Virus record (IMG/VR): IMGVR_UViG_3300007643_000005
Coordinates: 1 to 41,415 of that record
Source: a virus
Taxonomy: Duplodnaviria; Caudoviricetes
Length of the DNA stretch: 41,415 nucleotides
Reading direction: 5' to 3' (one strand)
Made by a program: the position numbers and the translations under genes. How positions within the stretch are numbered: position 1 is the stretch's first letter; every line of letters begins with the position of its first letter. This document shows positions 19,782-27,925 of the stretch, piece after piece. The notes below the pieces were generated by a model. That model ran no database searches, was not told the origin of the DNA, and was given only the letters and a program-made list of their open reading frames with translations.

Positions 19782-20115
19782 TCGCCCCAGTTTCACAGGT
19801 GAGAATTAAATCTTTATTTTCTTCAAACACATTATTGACGTGCTTGATGTTGTAATACTTACCGTTATGCACCACCCGCATGGATTCCGTTATGTCTGGC
19901 TGGTAATACATTTCAAACACAGTGCGCGCAACAGCGACCTGACCACCATGCGCCGTTGCTGATCGTTCGCTTCCTGACAGATTATTTTTTGATGCAAAAG
20001 CAGCGGTGAATTTTTCCCATTTTGTTACCTTGCCACCTTGCGTGTCTTTGGTAATTGTTGGTTGCTGGATTTCTATGTGTTGGTTGCGTGATCCTACTGA
20101 TGATCTACGCATCAC
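19771..20115 (-). CDS. Head closure (head-tail joining) protein
   Basis: IEIQQP...D..GG...W; DITESMRVVHNGKYYNI. Confidence 0.88.
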   Translation of the reverse strand: MMRRSSVGSRNQHIEIQQPTITKDTQGGKVTKWEKFTAAFASKNNLSGSERSATAHGGQVAVARTVFEMYYQPDITESMRVVHNGKYYNIKHVNNVFEENKDLILTCETGANDG

Positions 20116-20690
20116 CTGCTCCAGTCTTTGAATCGCATAATGCTACGATCGATGTTTATTTTTCCTGTTGGTGAATCTGTGATTGATTCGCGGTTACGAT
20201 ACCAATCAGTCGCAACCATTTTCATCCATTTTTTTATAGTTCTTGGTACGCTCGCAGCGTCTCCGTAACCTGCTGTATAACTAACAATCACAGCATCACC
20301 CGCTGGAATTGTTGCTGGCCATGATTGATCTTTTTTTAATTCAAGCCACGCGGTTGTATTGTCCTCTAAAACCAGCTTGTAAACGCTGGATGATAAGGTT
20401 TGCAATACCCCGTCAACATCAAGATATTTGATTGACTCAACACTGATAACCGGCGGCATGGGCAACCGGATTATTAATGGCAATACAACTGGGAATCTAT
20501 CAATTGTTAACTCCCAGGTTCTTGGCATGACAGAATGACCTGTCAATCCCTCGAACTCTTCCCGAACATCTTCAATCAATTCGTCAATAAAATAATTTTC
20601 AGCATCGTGCGTCACACGCATTTGCGCTTTTGCATCAGCCAGAGAAATTGCTTCGCTGGATGGATTGCTTGTAGATTTTACGCCTGACAT
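20112..20690 (-). CDS. Head-tail connector (phiE125 gp8-like)
   Basis: ISLADAKAQMRV...YTAGYG...VP..IK...WYRNRE. Confidence 0.88.
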   Translation of the reverse strand: MSGVKSTSNPSSEAISLADAKAQMRVTHDAENYFIDELIEDVREEFEGLTGHSVMPRTWELTIDRFPVVLPLIIRLPMPPVISVESIKYLDVDGVLQTLSSSVYKLVLEDNTTAWLELKKDQSWPATIPAGDAVIVSYTAGYGDAASVPRTIKKWMKMVATDWYRNRESITDSPTGKINIDRSIMRFKDWSR

Positions 20691-20950
20691 TATTTTTGAG
20701 TTTTAGCTGCTGCTTCTGCTTCTGCTTTGGCTTCCGCTTCTTGCTTCGCCTTGGACTTGACTTCTGCTTCTTGCTTGACCTTAGCTTCCGCTTCTTCCTT
20801 GACACGATCAACGTATTCGCCAGCACCGCATTGCTCAACCAGATGCTTTGCAAACACTGCATCAGTACGCAATATTTCGCCAGATGACAGCGTGCCATAT
20901 CTTGCAGTCACCACTGTTCCTTTGATTTTTACTTCTACAATTTCGGCCAT
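20690..20950 (-). CDS. Small post-capsid protein with EAEAK repeats
   Basis: GGAG RBS before the ATG at 20950. Confidence 0.65.
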   Translation of the reverse strand: MAEIVEVKIKGTVVTARYGTLSSGEILRTDAVFAKHLVEQCGAGEYVDRVKEEAEAKVKQEAEVKSKAKQEAEAKAEAEAAAKTQK

Positions 20951-21015
20951 GCGATATCTCCAAAACAAAAGGCCACGCATGGTGGCCTCTTGTTGTTTTA
21001 CTACTGATTAGTCGT

Positions 21016-22179
21016 TTAAGCTGGTATTAAATCACCATAGCGAACCGCGGCTGGGCGCTCTACTGCCAAACAGGTTCGACGCTCTGCTAATATGGTTACT
21101 AGTTTTTTGGTGAAGTTGTCTGAATCAGATTCAGATAATTCCACTGTCACACCATCTCGGTTATGCATAGTTGCTGCGTTGGCTAATGATGCAACCATAA
21201 CTTTACCCGCCAAAACTGCATTGCTTGGAACGACAGGCAAACCAAACAATATTGGCGGCAAGTCGCTTGATGGATCACCCATGATGTAGTTACCATTTGC
21301 ATCTTTAGCAAGACGCGTTGTCCACCAATCGACAATATTAAGAGCAATCGCATCTGCTGGCCAATATGAAGCAGCACAGTCACCAATCATTTTTCCAATG
21401 AGGTCAAAACGGTTATTTGATAGCCCCGCTGCTATTAATGAAGCATCTGTATACCCATGTGCTGTGAAATTTCCAGCCTTAGTGAATCCACTTAGGTTTG
21501 GCGCAACTCCATCGCCAGACACTATCTGATCCTCAACACGCAGATTAACGCCGTAGATCATTCGCAAATTAATGTATGCAGCCAGCGCAGCATTATCAGC
21601 CGCAAGTTGTCGTGATATTTTAATGAAGTGCCCGACTTCCACTACAGGATTACTTTGAGGCGTTGTAGTAATAGAGCTTTCAGGGCGCGACAAACCCTCC
21701 CCTGTTTCGGATGCTGCATTGGTAAAGACATCCTCACGCACATACTCAACAAGGTTTGAGCTTGTTGGTAGTGCGGTTATTAAATCTTCCAGTGTTAACG
21801 GTCTGAATGCACCAGGCAAAACACCTGGGCGGCGTTCGCTGTATGTATTACCAACAGGATTCGTTACTGTATTTTTAACTTCAACACGGGCTTTTTGAGA
21901 TTGGCCACTAGCAAATGCAGTATACTGATCTGATTTGACTAATTGAGCGCCGACACTTTCATCTTCTTTTTCATCATTACCACCGGCAACGCCGCGCTGC
22001 TTCAGGTTCAACAACTCATCAGCCATCTCGCGCTGTTTGATACCAAGGTTTTCAATGGCAGTTTCTGTGTCTTTTGTCACCTTACCTAAATCATTTAGCT
22101 CTGCTTCAGATTTTTCTGAAAAGGACTTTAGGTTTTGCTCGATTGCTGCGAGCGAATCCATTACTTGTTTGAGTTCCAT
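21016..22179 (-). CDS. HK97-fold major capsid protein
   Basis: N-terminal coiled-coil delta domain; KDANGNYI, LFGLPVV and FTKKLVTILAERR motifs. Confidence 0.95.
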   Translation of the reverse strand: MELKQVMDSLAAIEQNLKSFSEKSEAELNDLGKVTKDTETAIENLGIKQREMADELLNLKQRGVAGGNDEKEDESVGAQLVKSDQYTAFASGQSQKARVEVKNTVTNPVGNTYSERRPGVLPGAFRPLTLEDLITALPTSSNLVEYVREDVFTNAASETGEGLSRPESSITTTPQSNPVVEVGHFIKISRQLAADNAALAAYINLRMIYGVNLRVEDQIVSGDGVAPNLSGFTKAGNFTAHGYTDASLIAAGLSNNRFDLIGKMIGDCAASYWPADAIALNIVDWWTTRLAKDANGNYIMGDPSSDLPPILFGLPVVPSNAVLAGKVMVASLANAATMHNRDGVTVELSESDSDNFTKKLVTILAERRTCLAVERPAAVRYGDLIPA

Positions 22180-22207
22180 ATTGATTTATTCCTGTCGAAT
22201 TAAGGGA

Positions 22208-22891
22208 TTATTTTGGTATTGCGTTCTTGATACGGGTCAACGCTTCTACCAATTCCGCTGTGTCTTTCGCATCTGTTTCGCTGTCAGCATCCCGCTGAGA
22301 AAACAAAACTTTTGCACGGGCAACTAACGCACCAGCAAGCCCTTTACTGAATCCCCCTGCATCCCGCAAGAAGTATTCGAAGTCTCTGATTGTTTCTAAT
22401 TCTGATATTTCGCTTTTGACCGATCCAAGATCAATACGAGCAGCACTATCTGCAGGGAAAACAACCGGGCTAACCTCTGCCAATAACGATACTTTTTCAA
22501 TTATTCGACCGCCTTCAGCCTCGGTTGATGGCTTGTAGTCTTCTTTTTTTAAACGGTATCCAATTGACAAGCCATCCAATGTTTCATGCTTTAATGCTGC
22601 GTAGGTGTCCTCCGCGCGTGACATGCCAAGAGTCAATTCACCTTTAACAAATAATCCATGATCATCTTCGCTGGCTTCCAACCATTTGCCGATCGGCAAT
22701 TCCCATGACTCATGCTGTAGAAACATTTTTGGCAAGCCATTTTGCTCAAGCGTTTCTTTATAAGCACCTGGTAGAATGGTGTCTCCGTAACTATCAATCA
22801 AATTAAATACAGAAGCGTAGCCGCTGAACTGCCCTGACTGACCTTCCATTTTTATCTGACAATCACTGAGCGATAGGGTCTTTCGGGACAT
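22208..22891 (-). CDS. HK97-type prohead protease
   Basis: FSGYASVF, GLSIGY and EVSPVVFPA motifs. Confidence 0.95.
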   Translation of the reverse strand: MSRKTLSLSDCQIKMEGQSGQFSGYASVFNLIDSYGDTILPGAYKETLEQNGLPKMFLQHESWELPIGKWLEASEDDHGLFVKGELTLGMSRAEDTYAALKHETLDGLSIGYRLKKEDYKPSTEAEGGRIIEKVSLLAEVSPVVFPADSAARIDLGSVKSEISELETIRDFEYFLRDAGGFSKGLAGALVARAKVLFSQRDADSETDAKDTAELVEALTRIKNAIPK

Positions 22892-24101
22892 TGCCGCCTC
22901 CTTTTTTGGTTTTTCCTAACATGCTGATGGGTACCAAGTTTGTCTGTACTGTTAATTCATCACCACCTTGTATTGGAGGATCATTCTCTTTTTTGCGGCA
23001 TTCATTCCTGGTCTTGATTCCGTTCTGAGTGGCCTTGGCATATATCTCCATACGATCTTTAAGGCTGGCTCTAAGCAACGCATCGAGATTGAATTCTGCT
23101 GTATATCTAACCCTCTGAGAGCTGGTCAAAACACGCTTCCTTAATGCTTGCTCTAAACAGACCAAAGCAGGCCGGATTGTGAACTTATGAAACACTGCAA
23201 CTAAGTCTTCAATTTTTCCGTATTTAGCAACATTAGATGAGTTCATTAACTCACCAGGAACACCAAACCAGCGACCAATTTCCTCAACGCCGTATCGTCT
23301 TGTTTCCAGTAACTGTATATCTTCCGGTGTCATGGTTATTTGCTGGTACTTCATGTCCGCTTCAATAACAAATAGTCGCGCCTTGTTTCCCTCTGCCATT
23401 TCAGCAAAATTTGCTCTTACTTGCTTACGTTGCTTATCTGTTAGAACTTCATCAACCATCAACACGCCGGTCGGCTTTCCTCCGTTTGTAAATAGCTTTG
23501 TTGCTGCACTTTGCGAGTTACTTATCTCTGTTGTTGTTGCTCGCATGTAGTCAAGACGTGACAAACCAGTTGTACCATTACCCATTTCTTTGATATGGAA
23601 AACATTTTCTTCAGCAAGCACGGCAACATCATTACCAATTCTGTAGTAATAAAGCACCGATCCATCATCAAGTACATCCATCTCAACTTGGTCGGATGGC
23701 ATTGGCCATAGCGCATAAGCTTCACCATTACCTGATCTATCAATTCTTGCGTAACCGTTGCCACGGAATAGCAAATTAAGAAGCATTGCTATCCAAAATT
23801 CTATTGGTGTCATTCTTGCATTTGGTGATTCATGGAAAAGATTCCATAAAGTTGAATCACGCGCCAATTCACGACCGTTCTTTTTTTCCTCCCAAACCAT
23901 GATTGGTAATGAAGCGATTGTTTTCGCAACCAATTCAACAGCACGCCATACTGAAGAAATTTGTAACGCTGCATCAACACCAACCGACTTTGAGTCCTCA
24001 ACAAGACTTGCTGAAGGAATCGACGTTTGCCGACCCTTTGCTTGGCCAAGCGCATTACCACCAAAACCAAAAAATCTAAATATCGCTTTGAATGGACTCA
24101 T
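22863..24101 (-). CDS. HK97-type portal protein
   Basis: LLFRGNGYA, EIGRWFGVP and TRNECR motifs. Confidence 0.95.
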   Translation of the reverse strand: MSPFKAIFRFFGFGGNALGQAKGRQTSIPSASLVEDSKSVGVDAALQISSVWRAVELVAKTIASLPIMVWEEKKNGRELARDSTLWNLFHESPNARMTPIEFWIAMLLNLLFRGNGYARIDRSGNGEAYALWPMPSDQVEMDVLDDGSVLYYYRIGNDVAVLAEENVFHIKEMGNGTTGLSRLDYMRATTTEISNSQSAATKLFTNGGKPTGVLMVDEVLTDKQRKQVRANFAEMAEGNKARLFVIEADMKYQQITMTPEDIQLLETRRYGVEEIGRWFGVPGELMNSSNVAKYGKIEDLVAVFHKFTIRPALVCLEQALRKRVLTSSQRVRYTAEFNLDALLRASLKDRMEIYAKATQNGIKTRNECRKKENDPPIQGGDELTVQTNLVPISMLGKTKKGGGNVPKDPIAQ

Positions 24102-25852
24102 GCGTAGATTGGCTTGTTTATAAATTCATCGATGTCTTGTTTCTCTACTGTCGCTGATAAAGCCAAACCACCACTCATCACTGCCGCAACCATCAAGTCA
24201 ATGCGCCCGGTTGATTTTTTCTTATCAAGTTTTTTATTGTCTGCTTCATCTGTTTTTGTTACCGCATTGGATGCACACATTGTGAATATTGGATTACCGT
24301 TATGAACCACACCGCCATCAATTAAGGCATCTTCAAACTTTTCTAATGCAGGTGACATATCTTTAAAACCTTGTCCGAATGGCTGAATTTCTGGTAGCTC
24401 GATATCCTTATCATCCGCAAGCTGCTGAATTTCCTCGAACCGCCAGCGGTCGTATCCCATCATTACTATTTCAAGATATTTTTTTAATTCTTCTATTTCT
24501 TTTAGAACAGCAAGCCGGCTGACCGATCGCCCTTTGGTCGTTTTTAGCCAGCCCTGTTTTTTCCATTGGGTATATGGAACCTTGTCTCTTTCTTCTTTCT
24601 CTAACAAGCCATCATCCGGCAACCAAGATATAGCTATCATGTGCCATGGTTCGTTGAATGACTCCGGTTCTATGAAAAGCACTAGACCCGTTAAATCTCT
24701 GGTTGATGCAAGGTCAAGTCCTGCGTATGCACGGCGACCTTTGAAGTCTTCCAACGTATATTCACGTTGCGCTCCCATCCATACTTCTTCTGATATCCAT
24801 GGGTTTTCTGCATCCGTCCATTGGCAAAAATTTAAACGACGAACTAACGCTTCCTTGCCGGGCATTCCCCTGGCACCTGTAACCTGTTCTTCTAGGTATT
24901 TCATCCCAGGCAACCCAGCTTTCAAACTGGGGTTGGCTTTATGCCAACATTTTTTATGCTTTAACGGGTCATCACCATCGTCTAATGCGCAGATGTAGGC
25001 AAAGAATGAGTCATCTACCCTCGACCCGCCAGATACTTTTTTTCCGTAATCGTGATATTCACGACACGGGCTTTGTTTGTTTGACCCACTGTTTGTAATG
25101 TTAAAAATAAGCGCTTGCTTTCGGAACTTAGTTCCTGCGCGGATCATTTCCGGTACTACATTAGTTTTGTGTTCGTGTAGTTCGTCAATTAATCCTATAT
25201 GTGGCCTTGGCCCTGACTGCCCTTCGTCCGCTGATATCGGTTTGAAAAAGCTGTGTCTTTCAAGATAAGCCAAGTTCCATACTGATGGCTCCTTTCCACT
25301 GGCTTTTAACCGACCAAATAGCTCCGGAGACAGCTGATACATTGCCACGGCGTCACGAAATAACACCATAGCCTGGTCTTTTTTGGTTGCAGCAGCGTAT
25401 ATTTCAGCGCGTTCTTCGTCATCTGCAACCAGACCGTATAGGCCGATCCCGGCAGCAAGCGGGGATTTACCAGAGCCTTTACCGGTTTCCACATACGAAA
25501 CACGAAATCGGCGATGCCCATTTGCATCAACCCAACCAAACAAACTACCTACAATGAACGCTTGCCAATCTAATAAGTTATATGGCTCGCCTTCGTATTC
25601 ACCACCGTTGAGCCGTAGCACATCTCGATAAAATCCAATGATGCGATCGACTTTTTCCAGGTCGAAAAAAAAGCCCCGAGAAGGGGCTTTTTCTAAATCA
25701 TCCATGTGCCTTTGGCACGCCGCTCGAACATGCGGCCCTGCGATTATTTTTCCGTTTAAAACATTTCGCGCATATTTGGTAACTGGATCACGTGAAGTAT
25801 TTTTTACTTGGAGCATCTGGGAATAGTTCGCCTTGCATTCCTTGTTGTACAC
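24098..25852 (-). CDS. terL: Terminase large subunit
   Basis: Walker A GKGSGKS, Walker B IDELHEH, GLDLA and RIDLMVA nuclease motifs; start may be 25816. Confidence 0.96.
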   Translation of the reverse strand: MYNKECKANYSQMLQVKNTSRDPVTKYARNVLNGKIIAGPHVRAACQRHMDDLEKAPSRGFFFDLEKVDRIIGFYRDVLRLNGGEYEGEPYNLLDWQAFIVGSLFGWVDANGHRRFRVSYVETGKGSGKSPLAAGIGLYGLVADDEERAEIYAAATKKDQAMVLFRDAVAMYQLSPELFGRLKASGKEPSVWNLAYLERHSFFKPISADEGQSGPRPHIGLIDELHEHKTNVVPEMIRAGTKFRKQALIFNITNSGSNKQSPCREYHDYGKKVSGGSRVDDSFFAYICALDDGDDPLKHKKCWHKANPSLKAGLPGMKYLEEQVTGARGMPGKEALVRRLNFCQWTDAENPWISEEVWMGAQREYTLEDFKGRRAYAGLDLASTRDLTGLVLFIEPESFNEPWHMIAISWLPDDGLLEKEERDKVPYTQWKKQGWLKTTKGRSVSRLAVLKEIEELKKYLEIVMMGYDRWRFEEIQQLADDKDIELPEIQPFGQGFKDMSPALEKFEDALIDGGVVHNGNPIFTMCASNAVTKTDEADNKKLDKKKSTGRIDLMVAAVMSGGLALSATVEKQDIDEFINKPIYA

Positions 25853-26243
25853 GCGTCCTTGCTACAGGTGACAAGCCAAATTGTTGTAAATATCTATGGC
25901 AATCTTCCATTGCTCTGTTGGCAATCGCTAAATATGGATTCTGAATCGGATATCCTTTTGGAGATTTAATAATCAGTCCATCCCCACCGGCAATTTTATC
26001 CTTCTTTATTTTCATCTCAGCTTCTTGCCACCGTCCATATGACGCGCAATAAAGTGCAAGTGAAGCGGTATCAATATCAGTCACCATCTTGTATTTAGCA
26101 AGAAATTTAACGATACGTTCCCACTCTAACTTTGCAGCACCATATAAATGGCTCGGTCAATCTGGCTCGCAAAACTGTGGCTTTAGATTATCGTTAGAGG
26201 GAAAATCTCTTACGTTATTTTTTGGTACTCTACCTGGCTTCAT
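25788..26243 (-). pseudogene. terS: P27-family terminase small subunit with in-frame TGA at codon 29
   Basis: MKPGRVPK...EPD*PSHLYGAAKLEWERI...NPYL...FGLSPVAR; TGA at 26157-26159. Confidence 0.85.
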
Positions 26244-26386
26244 TTTTAATCAATTTTTTATTTAAAAGTAGCACAATAAACAAGAATATCAACCTAACCC
26301 CCCCTACCTCTAATTCAACTTTCTGCACAGAAATATAGGCAGACGGTCTAGAAGCAAAAGGATGTAAACATTTTACCCGCCCCCTG
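26244..26386. other. Probable cos / packaging region
   Basis: Non-coding gap between HNH and terS with G-rich tracts on the minus strand, the usual cos location in HK97-like phages; exact ends not determinable. Confidence 0.5.
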
Positions 26387-26713
26387 CTAGTGTTTCGAGT
26401 TCCAATGGTGGCTAGGATCGGTTGGCTTTCCGGTTATGTCGCATCCTGAATCTACACCAGACCTTTCTAGTCGTTGTTTCCAACTGTCATGGCATGGCTT
26501 GCATAGTGATTGCCAGTTGTCTCTATTCCAAAACAAAACCATATCACCTTTGTGCGGTATCTTATGGTCAACGACTGTTGCAATCTCCACGATTCCTCGT
26601 CTCTCATGCTCAACACAATAAGGATGTTTCTTTAAATATCCCTTACTTGCTTGCTGCCATTTATATCCATAACCACGTTTAGTTGATGAACCGCGTCTGT
26701 CATCGTATTTCAC
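26387..26713 (-). CDS. HNH endonuclease (gp74-like terminase cofactor)
   Basis: RGYGYKW; VVDHKIPHKGD..LFWNRDNWQSLCKPCH. Confidence 0.92.
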   Translation of the reverse strand: MKYDDRRGSSTKRGYGYKWQQASKGYLKKHPYCVEHERRGIVEIATVVDHKIPHKGDMVLFWNRDNWQSLCKPCHDSWKQRLERSGVDSGCDITGKPTDPSHHWNSKH

Positions 26714-26728
26714 TATTGTTTAGGCAAC

Positions 26729-26762
26729 AAAAAAGCCAGCACGCAATTGGCTGGCTTTTGTT
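26729..26762 (-). terminator. Intrinsic terminator (tR'-like)
   Basis: AAAAGCCAGC/GCTGGCTTTT stem with T runs on both strands, immediately after the Q-like gene. Confidence 0.75.
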
Positions 26763-27188
26763 TTATCCGGTTTGTTGCGCCGGTTTATGACGCATTACTG
26801 ACTGATTTAGCAGAAATGTATCAGAATCATGCACGTTACGCAAGCGAGAATCTAAAATATTTCCTAGCAACATGTATGAATCATTCAAGTACTTATGGTA
26901 TGCACGCTTCGATATTCCCATTTGATGCGCTTTAACAGCAACTATCTTATGCGTAGAAAGATACTCCATTTTTATTATTTCTTTTGGCATTACTGGTAAC
27001 AACTTAAAAGCATCATCCGTTTCCACACACCACGAATCAACCTCATCATAATTCCTTTTATTGTTTGATGAAGTCTCGCCACCCAGCCTCATAAAACTAA
27101 CCATTGAAGGATAGCCAAGCGCAACACCGCTGGCCAGCTTCCACTTTGACCAACCAATCAAACGATTAACAACTGTACCTTGATGCAT
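26763..27188 (-). CDS. Antiterminator Q-like late regulator
   Basis: RLIGWSKW, LGYP and a C-terminal HTH (AHQMGISKRAY); position before packaging genes; start re-called to 27188. Confidence 0.7.
   Translation of the reverse strand: MHQGTVVNRLIGWSKWKLASGVALGYPSMVSFMRLGGETSSNNKRNYDEVDSWCVETDDAFKLLPVMPKEIIKMEYLSTHKIVAVKAHQMGISKRAYHKYLNDSYMLLGNILDSRLRNVHDSDTFLLNQSVMRHKPAQQTG
26815..26843 (-). promoter_or_regulatory. Candidate late promoter (pR'-like) inside the 3' end of the Q-like gene
   Basis: TTGCGT-17bp-TACATT, ~55 bp upstream of the terminator. Confidence 0.45.
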
Positions 27189-27189
27189 A

Positions 27190-27396
27190 TCACCCCCGAT
27201 CATCAAATAATGGACAACGATGCCCAACACGCGGCACACCAGTTTGCTGCTCATTCCTAACATCACCACACATCACACGATCAAAAACAACCTTATGCGA
27301 TCGACAAGCGCGGCAACCTAAAGCATCCATCTCCGCACGCTCAACAACATCAGCCGGATCACCGTAATAATAATGAGGATGCGCATTACTTCTCAC
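27190..27396 (-). CDS. Small Cys-rich protein
   Basis: YGDPADVVE...CRAC...C...C; probable GTG start. Confidence 0.55.
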   Translation of the reverse strand: MRSNAHPHYYYGDPADVVERAEMDALGCRACRSHKVVFDRVMCGDVRNEQQTGVPRVGHRCPLFDDRG

Positions 27397-27655
27397 GCTT
27401 AGGTACCCACTTACCATTTTTGTATTCAACAGACTCTGATTCAACTGATTCAATAACAATCTCATCAAGACGAACAGCATTACCATCACCCTCCTTTGAA
27501 GTACCAACAGTGCAACCACCCTCACTCATAAAATTAACCTTCACCCCATCACCAAACACAGAACGAAAAGAATCAGCAATCAACGAACAATGTGGGAATG
27601 CAACCCTTACCTTTTCCCGCATCTCATCTCTCTTACTCGCACTATCATCATTCAT
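27386..27655 (-). CDS. Hypothetical phage protein
   Basis: FRSVFGDGVKVNFMSEGG motif; operon context. Confidence 0.6.
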   Translation of the reverse strand: MNDDSASKRDEMREKVRVAFPHCSLIADSFRSVFGDGVKVNFMSEGGCTVGTSKEGDGNAVRLDEIVIESVESESVEYKNGKWVPKREK

Positions 27656-27681
27656 AAGAAAACCTAATGATGAGTAGTGTA

Positions 27682-27915
27682 GTTACGTGGGTTACGCCGT
27701 CGGTTACGCCTAAGATGTACACAGTTACGTGAGTTACGCGGTTACTCGTTGCTTCACAACTTTTGCAAAACTTTATTTGTGAATATTTGAAAGTAATTAA
27801 TAGTGATAAAAGAAAAGCACTCATGTACGCGCGCGTGAAGGTTTTCGCGTAACTCACGTAACCACGCGGCTTTCCCGCGTAACTGAGCGCGTAACCAGCG
27901 CGTAACCCGCGTAAC
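27682..27915. repeat. Iteron-type replication origin
   Basis: GTTACG x5 (+GTTACT) on the left and CGTAAC x6 on the right, around an AT-rich core; perfect 17-bp IR at 27724-27740/27846-27862; immediately downstream of the primase-helicase. Confidence 0.8.
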
Positions 27916-27925
27916 CATGCGACCT

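Noticed and set aside
5053-25826. Long plus-strand ORFs antisense to structural genes (e.g. 6835-7506, 7612-8217, 15302-15790)
   Set aside because: Shadow frames of well-supported minus-strand genes, with no recognisable motifs
26157-26159. Phage-wide TGA recoding
   Set aside because: Several genes (portal, terL, connector) end in TGA at expected lengths, and only one internal TGA was seen
27682-27915. CRISPR array, or real CDSs at 27648-27929 / 27754-27939
   Set aside because: Repeats are 6 bp, irregularly spaced and inverted; the ORFs are low-complexity translations of the iterons
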